Shown: positions 52,057-61,264 of the stretch, in pieces | Position numbering within the stretch: the first letter of the stretch is position 1 | Layout of the letters: each line of letters starts with the position of its first letter | Origin: Candidatus Fermentibacterota bacterium | Lineage (GTDB): Bacteria; Fermentibacterota; Fermentibacteria; Fermentibacterales; JCC-6 | Reading direction: 5' to 3' | Length of the DNA stretch: 64,000 nt | NCBI GenBank assembly: GCA_963845085.1 | Contig: CAWJQI010000004.1 | Span: 128,001-192,000 of the forward strand | Translations under genes and position numbers: made by a program | Notes under the pieces: generated by a model | Told to the model about the DNA's origin: nothing | What the model saw: only the letters and a program-made list of their open reading frames with translations | Databases searched by the model: none

Positions 52057-53506
52057 GGGTGTAGTTGGGGGCTTCCTTCGTGATCATTACATCGTGGGCG
52101 TGACTTTCCTTGAGGCCTGCGCTGGTGATTCTGACGAACCTGCCCTTTGTCCGCAGCTCTGAGACCTCGGCGGCGCCAACATAGCCCATTCCGGCGCGGA
52201 GCCCGCCCATGAGCTGAAAAAGAAAGTCGCTGAGGGGGCCCTTGAAGGGGACCATACCCTCGATTCCCTCGGGAACGAGCTTTTTGTCTTCCTTCTGGAA
52301 GTAGCGGTCCGCGCTGCCAAGCTTCATGGCCCCGAGCGAACCCATGCCCCTGTAGGACTTGAACCGTCTTCCCTTGTAGGTGATCGCTTCGCCCGGGCTT
52401 TCAGCCACGCCGGCGAAGAGGCTGCCGATCATAACTGCACTGGCGCCAGCGGCCAGCGCTTTGACAATATCACCAGAGTACTTGATGCCGCCGTCGGCGA
52501 TGACCATCGCATTTCGCTCGTACGCGGCCCTGGCACACTGGTGCACGGCGGTGATCTGGGGGCAGCCGACACCGGCCACAACCCTTGTCGTGCAGATGGA
52601 TCCGGGGCCGACACCGATCTTGACTATGTCAGCACCGGCATCGATCAGTGCTATGGTGCCCTCGGCGGTGACCACGTTGCCGGCGCAAAGCGGTAATCCC
52701 GGGTACGCGGCCCTTATTCGCCGGGTGGTCTCGATCACGCTGAAACTGTGTCCGTGGGAGGTGTCGATGAAAAGACAGTCAACCCCGGCTTCGACGAGGG
52801 CGGCCGCCCTTTCGAGCGCAGGGTCGCCCACGCTGACAGCGGCTGCCACTCTGAGGCTTCCGCGGGCGTCTTTGTTGGCATCGGGATGGCTCTGGGCCTT
52901 GATGATATCTTTCACCGTGATGAGCCCGACCACCCTTCCCTCGCCGTCAACAAGGGGAAGCTTCTCAAGCCTGTGCTTGCGGAGGAGGAGGAGCGCCTTC
53001 TCCACTCCCGTCTTCTCGGGGGCCGTGATAAGTGATTCAAGGGGCGTCATCAGCTGGCTGACCGGCTTCGAACCGTCCTCCTCGAACTGATAGTCACGGT
53101 GTGTAAGCATTCCTGCGAGCCGCCCCTCGGACAGCACCGGAAAGCCCGACACCCCGGTTTTCTCTGCAAGGCTGACGGCGTCGGCCACCGTTGAAACGAT
53201 GTCAAGCGTTATCGGATCAACGATCACACCGCTTTCGGCGCGTTTCACCTGCCGCACCTTCATGGCCTGCTCGTCAATGGAAAGGTTTTTGTGAATAACG
53301 CCCATCCCGCCCAACTGGGCGAGGGCGATCGCCATTGTGCTCTCTGTTACGGTGTCCATGGCGGCACTGAGCACGGGTATGTTCAGTGTTATCCCACGGC
53401 AGAGGCAGGTCTTCAGGCTTGTCTGCGATGGCAGGACAGAGGAGGGACCGGGGAGAAGGAGGACATCATCGAATGTCAGCGCCGTTTCCGCATCAATCGG
53501 GTTCAT
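52037..53506 (-). CDS. guaB: IMP dehydrogenase
   Basis: LTFDDVLL, SAAMDTVTE, CBS pair, GPGSICTTR, ADGGI, YRGMGS, EGIEG; start placed at ATG 53506. Confidence 0.98.
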   Translation of the reverse strand: MNPIDAETALTFDDVLLLPGPSSVLPSQTSLKTCLCRGITLNIPVLSAAMDTVTESTMAIALAQLGGMGVIHKNLSIDEQAMKVRQVKRAESGVIVDPITLDIVSTVADAVSLAEKTGVSGFPVLSEGRLAGMLTHRDYQFEEDGSKPVSQLMTPLESLITAPEKTGVEKALLLLRKHRLEKLPLVDGEGRVVGLITVKDIIKAQSHPDANKDARGSLRVAAAVSVGDPALERAAALVEAGVDCLFIDTSHGHSFSVIETTRRIRAAYPGLPLCAGNVVTAEGTIALIDAGADIVKIGVGPGSICTTRVVAGVGCPQITAVHQCARAAYERNAMVIADGGIKYSGDIVKALAAGASAVMIGSLFAGVAESPGEAITYKGRRFKSYRGMGSLGAMKLGSADRYFQKEDKKLVPEGIEGMVPFKGPLSDFLFQLMGGLRAGMGYVGAAEVSELRTKGRFVRITSAGLKESHAHDVMITKEAPNYTLESHAF

Positions 53507-53528
53507 ATCGACTCCAGGGGGGTTTCGC

Positions 53529-53882
53529 CTATTCCGCCCAGTACATGATTCTGCTGCATGTGGGGCATGTATTGATCCTGTCGTTTCTTTCGGGATCGGA
53601 ACACATGGCGGTCGGAAGTCGGGTAAGGCATCCCGTACACCTGCACGATACCGCGGGCACAACTGCATTCCCGTAGTGCTTCGTAAGCTGGCTGTATAGC
53701 CCCAGCCATTTCTTGTTGATGTTCCTGACGTAATCCACCCTGAGGGAGAGAAGTTCCTCCCTTGCCTTGTCAGGGCTCAGACCCATCATTTTCTCCCTGT
53801 CAAGAATATCCTTTCTATCAAGGTCAGCGATCATCACGTCAAGATCGTGAAGACCGATGAGTCTTTCCAGATCAAGGTTCAT
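53529..53882 (-). CDS. C4-type zinc-ribbon (DUF164-like) protein
   Basis: CTGC...LP and CPTCSRIMY; GGAGG SD. Confidence 0.85.
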   Translation of the reverse strand: MNLDLERLIGLHDLDVMIADLDRKDILDREKMMGLSPDKAREELLSLRVDYVRNINKKWLGLYSQLTKHYGNAVVPAVSCRCTGCLTRLPTAMCSDPERNDRINTCPTCSRIMYWAE

Positions 53883-54333
53883 CAACACCTCCAAGTATGG
53901 GTTCCATGCCCAGCAAGTCCAGCAGGGATTCGGTGCTGGAAGCGTTCATGACTGCGTCAGTGGATTTTCTGATTCGGGAGGCAACATGGCTGATGAAAGC
54001 CAGATGTTCATGGGGGCCATCGGGTTTGACCGGTGAAATGAACATTATCATTATCCTGACCCGGTCTTCGGGCCATGGAATACCGGAAGCACTTCTGCCG
54101 ACAACCACGGTCAGATCATCCACAAGGATACTTCGACAATGCGGGATCGAAATACCTGGAACGATCGCCGTGGGACCGGCTTGTTCCCTCATTTCGAGGG
54201 CGCCGTGAATCAGCTTGCGGGAATTCCTGTTGATGGGAATGATATCGAGAAGCTCCTCGAGAGCATCACTGCGTGAGACGGCCTTCAGATCAAAAATGCA
54301 GTAAGCTGAATACTTCAATTTTGAACCTTCCAT
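53872..54333 (-). CDS. PTS EIIA component (fructose/Ntr-type)
   Basis: RE...PTAI..GISIPHCR (phospho-acceptor His), GI.W, HL. Confidence 0.88.
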   Translation of the reverse strand: MEGSKLKYSAYCIFDLKAVSRSDALEELLDIIPINRNSRKLIHGALEMREQAGPTAIVPGISIPHCRSILVDDLTVVVGRSASGIPWPEDRVRIMIMFISPVKPDGPHEHLAFISHVASRIRKSTDAVMNASSTESLLDLLGMEPILGGVDEP

Positions 54334-54403
54334 TTTCTCTCCCGAATCTAATAGAATTACCCATGTTAGACAGTGTACTCCCGCACCATGTTTGGATTAA
54401 GAT

Positions 54404-56920
54404 ATGAAAGGACTCCCATCTTCTGCAACTCCTTTTCTTCTCCCGGAATCTACGGCATGGTCCGTTGTTTCCAAAACAAACCAACCGATTTCCTTTTCCG
54501 TTGAATGGCAGCGACTTGCATCCCACTGCGGCGTCGACCCCGACGAGTTCTGCGCCCTTTTCAGCGCGACCGCATTTGGAAGATGGCCCTGTTCGGTCGG
54601 TGGCAGACTCCTGGAAGTCACGGTGGCTTCCCTCGATACTGAAATAAATCTCATCACCGCCCTCGAGCTGACGCCAAATGACGTCACCGCCCTTCTCTCC
54701 ACGACAAGGGGCGAACGAAAGACCCTTCTCTGCTCCTCATCCGGAAGGCTTATCGCCCTCTCTGCAAACGTGTCGCTTGAAACCGGATCATCAGTTAAAA
54801 CCCTTCAGTCGCTCTTCGAGCCGGGGTCACGGCCCGCCATCCAGGCGGGGCTTTCAAAGTGCGCCGCGGAGGGCAGGGTTGATGAGTTTCTGGTGAGCAG
54901 CATCGCCGATCACGGCATGAGGGAAAACTGGATACTCTCGCTGGAAAATGTTCCCGCCCCTGGAAGGCTTGTTTTCGGAAGCCTTTCCTCGCCTTCCCTT
55001 GCCATGGTGAACACCGGGGGAACCGCCGATTCGCTGTTTGACACAATCATCGAAGAGAATCCTTCCCCCACGCTGGTCCTGGACAAGACGGGAGTGATAA
55101 CCAAGCTCAACGAGGCTGCCCGGAAGCTGGCACTTGGGCTCTACGGAAAGGCCGAGATCCAGGGAACCTTCTTCTGGAAGTGGGTCTCCGAGGAGTACAG
55201 GGAAGAGGCGAAGGCGAATCACGACAAGCGGGTGAGGGGATACTACGCTCCAAGCAGGTATACGCTGAGCCTCAAGCCGGACTCGCTTGACAAATCGCCT
55301 TTGATCGAGATCTGCGTCTTCCCCCTCGCCGAGGGAGGGGATTCGGTGGTCTTCCTCTCGAAAAGGCTTGACTCCCCCTCCGTATGCGTGTTCCCCGAAG
55401 CCGATGCGGCGCTGTTCGAGGGTTCAACAACCGACACAGACCGGCTGATCCGCATACTGAGGACGGGCACGGGAGCTGACTCCGTTGCGCTCCTGCTGCC
55501 TGGACAGACCATAACCTCGGGCGAGGCGGACCAACTGCTCGACAACATGCCGCTTGATCCAGAGGCAAGGGTCTGGGTCGAGCTCAAGGGGACATGGTGC
55601 CTTTTCCAGCCCGTCTCAGGCGGCGGCTGGCATGGAACGGTCGCCCTCGGCGGACTGCAGAGCAACGAGCTTCGCCCCTGCGGCGAGCTCGCACTGAGAA
55701 TCGTTGCTGGGCTTTCCTGCCTCAACGCGCCCCAGGGGGACCAGGGCCGCACAAGAACCATTCTCGAAAAAATTTCACGAGTCGTCGGGCACGCTAAAAA
55801 GGCCAGGGAGGAGGGGTTCGACAGAACCCTCCGTGAACTCGCTTCCATCTGCAATGCGGACAGGGCTGTGAAGGCCGAGGTCAGCTCGGACGGCACCATG
55901 CTCATGCCCGTCGTGACAGCGGGCATCCAGGGAACCCTTCCGGGTATTTCACTCGGTTCGGACAGCATCATGGCCTGGGTGTGCGTTCACGGCAAGAGCG
56001 CGTTCCTCGCCGACCCGATCCAGGACGTGAGAATGTCCGCTGCATTCCCCGACTCCGGCAGCGAGATCGCGGTACCCATCATCACGGACGACATCGTAAC
56101 GGGTGTAGTCCTCCTGGCCACATCAACACCGGAGGGGTTCGACGGGGAAGCCATGGCACTTCTCGAGACCGGTGCAGAGATTATCTCCGCCCTCGAGGCG
56201 ACACCCCGCGCAGACGCTCGGGAAACCGGCCCGTTCAGGGGTCTCGACAAGCTTCCGGAAGCGCTGGTCCAGGAGATGGAGAACGAACTCACCGCCTCAT
56301 CGGCCGTTGTTCTTTCGGCATCCCGTCAACTCTCCGTGCTGAAGAATGGTGACGGGGCCGACCCGAAGCTCCTTGGTTTTCTCGATGAAGCGGCCGGAAG
56401 GATCGCCTCTTCAACACCGGTCATCGTGGGGTGGCTCAAGGCCGCTGCCTTCGGAGGCAAACCGGACATGCAATGGTCGGATCCCTACGAGATCGCACTC
56501 GACCTGGTCACAGGATGGAGGACGCATTCCAAAAACCCCCTCGTCCCGTACAATCTAATGGAACCGTCCCCCAGGTTCGTTGCATGTTTTGATCCATCAT
56601 GGCTTTACGTAACCATCAACAGCCTGGTGCGCGTCGCCACGGAGCATACCGGGGCGGGCGATTCGGTTGATATCTCCTTCTCCACCGGAAGCGGCTTCTG
56701 GTCGGTCCAGGTGGAGAACAGCGGCAAGGGCATTCCGGCAGCCGACCTGCCCTCACTCTTCAAAAACAGCGCCGAATCGGGAGGCACATCCGGCCACACC
56801 GGCACCGGGCTTGACCTTCCGCTCGCGAAGAAATTCACCGAAGCGATGGGTGGGACAATAACCGTCTTCTCTTCAAGGGACCGGGGAACCCGGTTCACCC
56901 TTAAATTCAGGACGACATGA
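54404..56920 (+). CDS. PAS/GAF/HATPase sensor kinase-like protein with degenerate H-box
   Basis: PAS (LDKTG.I..LNEAA), GAF (SEIAVPI...VTGV), VENSGKGIP, GTGLDL, MGGTITV..GTRFTL. Confidence 0.8.
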   Translation: MKGLPSSATPFLLPESTAWSVVSKTNQPISFSVEWQRLASHCGVDPDEFCALFSATAFGRWPCSVGGRLLEVTVASLDTEINLITALELTPNDVTALLSTTRGERKTLLCSSSGRLIALSANVSLETGSSVKTLQSLFEPGSRPAIQAGLSKCAAEGRVDEFLVSSIADHGMRENWILSLENVPAPGRLVFGSLSSPSLAMVNTGGTADSLFDTIIEENPSPTLVLDKTGVITKLNEAARKLALGLYGKAEIQGTFFWKWVSEEYREEAKANHDKRVRGYYAPSRYTLSLKPDSLDKSPLIEICVFPLAEGGDSVVFLSKRLDSPSVCVFPEADAALFEGSTTDTDRLIRILRTGTGADSVALLLPGQTITSGEADQLLDNMPLDPEARVWVELKGTWCLFQPVSGGGWHGTVALGGLQSNELRPCGELALRIVAGLSCLNAPQGDQGRTRTILEKISRVVGHAKKAREEGFDRTLRELASICNADRAVKAEVSSDGTMLMPVVTAGIQGTLPGISLGSDSIMAWVCVHGKSAFLADPIQDVRMSAAFPDSGSEIAVPIITDDIVTGVVLLATSTPEGFDGEAMALLETGAEIISALEATPRADARETGPFRGLDKLPEALVQEMENELTASSAVVLSASRQLSVLKNGDGADPKLLGFLDEAAGRIASSTPVIVGWLKAAAFGGKPDMQWSDPYEIALDLVTGWRTHSKNPLVPYNLMEPSPRFVACFDPSWLYVTINSLVRVATEHTGAGDSVDISFSTGSGFWSVQVENSGKGIPAADLPSLFKNSAESGGTSGHTGTGLDLPLAKKFTEAMGGTITVFSSRDRGTRFTLKFRTT

Positions 56921-56936
56921 AAACCGGAGGCGGGAT

Positions 56937-57965
56937 CTGGAACTGACAAGGGACCACCTCCGCTATCACCTTCCGGAAGAGCTGATAGCGCAGGTTCCGA
57001 CCCCGATCAGGGGAGCATCGCGCCTGATGGTGCTTGACCGCCTGTCGGGAACATCGGGGGACAGGGTTTTCAATGATCTCCCGGGATTTCTTCACCCCGG
57101 GGATTGTCTTGTGCTCAATGACACAAGGGTATTCCCGGCGCGTATCAGCGCTTCGAGAAACGACACGGGAGGCAGGGCTGAGCTGTTCCTGCTGAGACAG
57201 CTCTCCGATACCGACTGGAAGGTGCTTCTAAGACCGGGCAAATACTGCAGGCCCGGTATCGGGTTCAACCTCGACAAGGGATTCACTGCGAGGGTCGAAT
57301 CTGGGCTGGGCAACGGACGCGCCATAGTCAGCTTCGGCCCCCGGAACAACGCTGGCGCCCTGGTCAGGGAGATCGGCAATGTGCCCCTCCCGCCATACAT
57401 AAAGAGGGCGCCGGACCGGATCGATACCGAACGCTACCAGACCGTGTATGCGCGAAGCGAAGGGGCTGTGGCAGCCCCGACGGCAGGGCTGCATTTTACG
57501 ATGGAAATGCTTTCAGCACTTCTGAATGCTGGTGTAGCGAGCTGCACCGTGACCCTCAACGTTGGTCCGGGCACATTCGAACCTCTCCGCGAGGAGCGCC
57601 TCCGCGACAACACGCTTGATTCGGAGGATTACGCTGTGCCCGCAGAAACGCTGGAGCGGCTGAAAAAGACAAGGGAAGGCGGCGGCAGGATCGTCGCCGT
57701 GGGCACAACGGCGGCAAGGGTCCTCGAAAGCATCGACATCGCAGGGCCGGGTCCGCTGTCGGGAGAGACTTCTCTCTTCATATTCCCCCCGTATCGGTTC
57801 AGGAACGTCGATGCTCTGATAACGAATTTCCACCTTCCCGGAAGCTCGCTCATCGCACTGGTGGCGGCCTTCGCAGGGCTTGAACAGGTGATGGCCGCAT
57901 ACCGGCGGGCAGTCGGGCTCGGCTACCGGTTCTACAGCTATGGCGATGCGATGCTGGTTACCTGA
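56937..57965 (+). CDS. queA: S-adenosylmethionine:tRNA ribosyltransferase-isomerase
   Basis: YHLPEELIAQ (upstream of the tracked ATG 57027), NDTRVFPAR, PLPPYIKR, RYQTVYA, AAPTAGLHF, TNFHLP, YRFYSYGDAM. Confidence 0.96.
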   Translation: MELTRDHLRYHLPEELIAQVPTPIRGASRLMVLDRLSGTSGDRVFNDLPGFLHPGDCLVLNDTRVFPARISASRNDTGGRAELFLLRQLSDTDWKVLLRPGKYCRPGIGFNLDKGFTARVESGLGNGRAIVSFGPRNNAGALVREIGNVPLPPYIKRAPDRIDTERYQTVYARSEGAVAAPTAGLHFTMEMLSALLNAGVASCTVTLNVGPGTFEPLREERLRDNTLDSEDYAVPAETLERLKKTREGGGRIVAVGTTAARVLESIDIAGPGPLSGETSLFIFPPYRFRNVDALITNFHLPGSSLIALVAAFAGLEQVMAAYRRAVGLGYRFYSYGDAMLVT

Positions 57966-58013
57966 GAGGAATGCACCATCAAAAGCGGAAGAAACAGGCC
58001 AAAAGCTGAACGG

Positions 58014-58973
58014 GTGCTGGCGCTCGCAGGTCTTGAGACGCTGCTCGTACTCTCATGGACGATCCTCGGAGCCTCACTGCTCGCACTTCTCTGGTCCGGA
58101 TGGTACCTGGCGCTTCCCGTGTTCTATTTCGTGGCTCTCAGCCTCACGGCGGCCGTGGAGTACAACTCCCGGCAGAGCCCGGCAACCGCCCTGGGCGTAA
58201 CAATACATGGCGAGCGGACATACGGGGTCAAACTGCTCCGGATAGGTCTGACGCCTCCTCTTCTCCTTCTGGGAATGGTGGGGTATCTCCGGTGTTTCAA
58301 GGGGGGGCTCTCGCTTCCCGAGGCGATCTCAGGTGCGGACTTCCGCGAACTCGACCTGCAGCTCGACCCGCGTCCCAGGGCAATAGTCATGGCCGGAAGA
58401 AAGGTCGCCAAGCGATGGGTCACGGCCTACACGGCAAGTGCGATACTGGGATCGGCAGTGGTGTTCTTTCTGGCCAATCCGCTTGTGATCGACGTCAATA
58501 CGGCTGACAACCCAAGTCAGTTCTCCAGAATGAGTGAATCGGACCGTGAACTGCTTGTCACCTACCTAGAACTGACTGCGCTTCACCCCGACGAGCTCGA
58601 GTACCACGTCAGGCTTGCCAGCCTCTACCACCGCAACAACATGAATTCCGACCTGCAGGTCCAGCTCGATGAGATAAGGCGCCTGAACCCCGAGCATGCG
58701 CTGCTTGTTCTCGGCGACACCTCGAGCGTAACCCTCGACAGCCTTCTTGTTGCACGGGAGGACAGCCTGCTTCCCGACACACTGATGCTCCCTGTCGATC
58801 CAGATTCATCCCAGGCTCTGCAGGATTCGACAGCTGGGCAGAGCCCCGGCGCTGCCGGGCAGACAGGCGCCGTCCAGATGCCTGCCGGTAGTGTTGAACC
58901 CGCGCCCGGACACGCTGAACCAGCCTCACCCATTGATGATGAACCACAATCCGTTCAGCCTGACAGCCTCTGA
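58014..58973 (+). CDS. Hypothetical membrane protein (TM/RDD-like N-terminus, TPR-like C-terminus)
   Basis: Several TM segments; HVRLASLY helix pair; low-complexity tail. Confidence 0.6.
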   Translation: MLALAGLETLLVLSWTILGASLLALLWSGWYLALPVFYFVALSLTAAVEYNSRQSPATALGVTIHGERTYGVKLLRIGLTPPLLLLGMVGYLRCFKGGLSLPEAISGADFRELDLQLDPRPRAIVMAGRKVAKRWVTAYTASAILGSAVVFFLANPLVIDVNTADNPSQFSRMSESDRELLVTYLELTALHPDELEYHVRLASLYHRNNMNSDLQVQLDEIRRLNPEHALLVLGDTSSVTLDSLLVAREDSLLPDTLMLPVDPDSSQALQDSTAGQSPGAAGQTGAVQMPAGSVEPAPGHAEPASPIDDEPQSVQPDSL

Positions 58974-60063
58974 CGGCAGGGCGAGGGCCGGGATCCTCGA
59001 GCTCCCGCACGGGTCGGTTGAGACCCCTGCATTCATGCCCGTGGGCACCCAGGCAACGGTCAAGACCGCCAGGAACAGCGACCTGTTGCTCATGGACTAC
59101 GGAATGATCCTGTGCAACACCTATCACCTCTACCTCAGGCCTGGCAGGGACGTGATTGAGAAGGCGGGCGGTCTGCATCGCTTCATGGACTGGAATCGCT
59201 GCATCCTCACCGACTCGGGGGGGTTCCAGCTTTTCAGCCTCTCCTCCCTCCGCAAGGTGAGCGAGGAGGGGTACAGCTTTCAGTCGCACATCGACGGATC
59301 GAGCCACACGCTTACCCCCGAAGGCGTTCTGGACCTTCAGCGTGCTTTCGGAAGCGATGTGATGATGGTGCTGGATGAGTGTCTCGAGCAGCCGAGCGGC
59401 AGGGAGCGTACCGAGGAATCCATGAAGCTGACTCTCCGGTGGGCTGAGAGGGCGGCACGGCTTCACACCGGGGGGGGTGGAGCCCTTTTCGGCATAGTGC
59501 AGGGCGGCTCTTTTCCCGACCTTCGCGAGCGTTGCGCACGGGAACTCGTGGCGATGGGCTTCGACGGGTATGCCATAGGCGGGGTTGCGGTGGGCGAGGA
59601 CCGGGCCAACATGGAAATCGCCGTGGAAAGCTGTGTCGACATTCTGCCGGTTCAAAGGCCAAGATACCTGATGGGAGTGGGAAAGCCCGAGGATCTTGTA
59701 GACTTCACCGCCATGGGAGTGGACATGTTCGACTGCGTCGTGCCCACAAGGAACGCAAGGGGCGCATGTTTCTTCGTTCCAGGCGGAAGGCTCAATCTTA
59801 GAAACGCCAGGTTCAGAACCGACTTCCGCCCCGTTCAGCCCGATTGTGACTGCTTTGTCTGTGCGAATCACACCAGGGCGTACCTCAGGCACCTCTTCAC
59901 ATCCAGGGAATGGCTTGCGCCGATCATGGCAACGATCCACAACCTCCACCATTTCGCCGTTCTCATGAGGGAAATGCGGGGAAGGATAATCGACGGATCC
60001 TTCCAGCAGTGGCGGGCCGACTGGCACAGGAAACGCGGGGTGTTCAGGGCGGATGCCTACTGA
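58936..60063 (+). CDS. tgt: tRNA-guanine transglycosylase
   Basis: TPAFMPVGT, NTYHL.LRPG, TDSGGFQ, GIVQGG, YLMGVG, DMFDCV.PTRNAR, CDC..C...H zinc site. Confidence 0.97.
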   Translation: MMNHNPFSLTASDGRARAGILELPHGSVETPAFMPVGTQATVKTARNSDLLLMDYGMILCNTYHLYLRPGRDVIEKAGGLHRFMDWNRCILTDSGGFQLFSLSSLRKVSEEGYSFQSHIDGSSHTLTPEGVLDLQRAFGSDVMMVLDECLEQPSGRERTEESMKLTLRWAERAARLHTGGGGALFGIVQGGSFPDLRERCARELVAMGFDGYAIGGVAVGEDRANMEIAVESCVDILPVQRPRYLMGVGKPEDLVDFTAMGVDMFDCVVPTRNARGACFFVPGGRLNLRNARFRTDFRPVQPDCDCFVCANHTRAYLRHLFTSREWLAPIMATIHNLHHFAVLMREMRGRIIDGSFQQWRADWHRKRGVFRADAY

Positions 60064-61264
60064 CCTCCCCCTCACGCTGAACGTTGTTTCCCTTGGAAAC
60101 AGGGTTGGCGGTATAGCGAGGCCCGACGACGGCCCCGCGGTCTTCATTCCCGGGGCGCTGCCCGGCGAGACGGTGAAAGCCCGCATTGTCACGCGCAGAA
60201 AAAACCACTGTGAGGCAATACTGCTCGAAGTGATCGAGCCCAGTCCGGAAAGGGTCTCTCCTTTCTGTCCGCTGCATGGAAAGTGCGGGGGGTGCTCGCT
60301 TCAGCATCTTGAGTACGGGAGCCAGCTCTTCTGGAAGCGCAGATGGATACAAAAAGCGCTCAATTCTTTCCCGGAATGCACAATCGACGGGGTCACCCCC
60401 TCGCCGGAAACCAGGGGGTTTCGGAACAGGGTCACTTTCGACGTCATCGAAGGCATGCCCTGCCTTCACGCCTATCGGGGCGATCCGTTTCCAGTGCAGG
60501 ACTGTCCGGCCCTCGACTCGTCGGGAAGGGTGGTGCTGGGTGAGATACTCCGCACCGGGGTTCCAGCCGGTGTGAACACGATCTCGATCAGGTGCTCGAA
60601 CCACACTGGTGGCACGCTTGTCGAGGTCGATGGCAAGGCTGACGGGCTGCCGGATGCCTGGGGACCGGCCCGTTCGGAGAAGTCCGCTCCCGGAACGAAC
60701 CAACTCATTGAGCGGCTTCTGAAATGGACCTTTCCCATCCCTCCGGGGGGCTTCTTCCAGGTCAACACCCCCGCGGCCGAACTGCTTCTCGGAGCTGTGC
60801 TCGAACATGCGACAGGCGGAAAAACACTCGACCTGTACGGCGGGGCAGGCACCTTCGGCATCCCACTTGCCTGCCGGGGCGCCCCGGTGGAAAGCGTCGA
60901 GACGAACATGAACGCGGCAAACGCCGCCAGGGCGGCCGCGGCCATGAACGGCGCAACCGGGTTCAAGTCCTTCTGTGAGAGCGATGCCTCGTTTCTGTCA
61001 AGGGCATGCAGGGCCGGAAGGTCATTCGACACCGTCATACTCGATCCCCCGCGAGCCGGTGCGGGCGCGGCGATCATGGAGATGCTTGCACGGGTTTCGA
61101 GGGGGATGATCATCTACATCAGCTGCAACCCGTTCACCGCTGCAAGGGATCTGGCGGTTCTCGCAGCGGTGGGTTTCGGCTTGAAAAAAGCAATGCCGGT
61201 GGACATGTTCCCCCACACCGACCATGTTGAAACAGTTCTTCTTCTCGAAAGGACAGGGGTTTGA
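60053..61264 (+). CDS. rlmD: TRAM-domain RNA (uracil-5)-methyltransferase (RlmD/TrmA family)
   Basis: GALPGE, C....CGGC..QH Fe-S motif, FFQVN, DLYGGAG, DPPRAG, YISCNP, DMFPHT.HVE. Confidence 0.88.
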   Translation: MPTDLPLTLNVVSLGNRVGGIARPDDGPAVFIPGALPGETVKARIVTRRKNHCEAILLEVIEPSPERVSPFCPLHGKCGGCSLQHLEYGSQLFWKRRWIQKALNSFPECTIDGVTPSPETRGFRNRVTFDVIEGMPCLHAYRGDPFPVQDCPALDSSGRVVLGEILRTGVPAGVNTISIRCSNHTGGTLVEVDGKADGLPDAWGPARSEKSAPGTNQLIERLLKWTFPIPPGGFFQVNTPAAELLLGAVLEHATGGKTLDLYGGAGTFGIPLACRGAPVESVETNMNAANAARAAAAMNGATGFKSFCESDASFLSRACRAGRSFDTVILDPPRAGAGAAIMEMLARVSRGMIIYISCNPFTAARDLAVLAAVGFGLKKAMPVDMFPHTDHVETVLLLERTGV

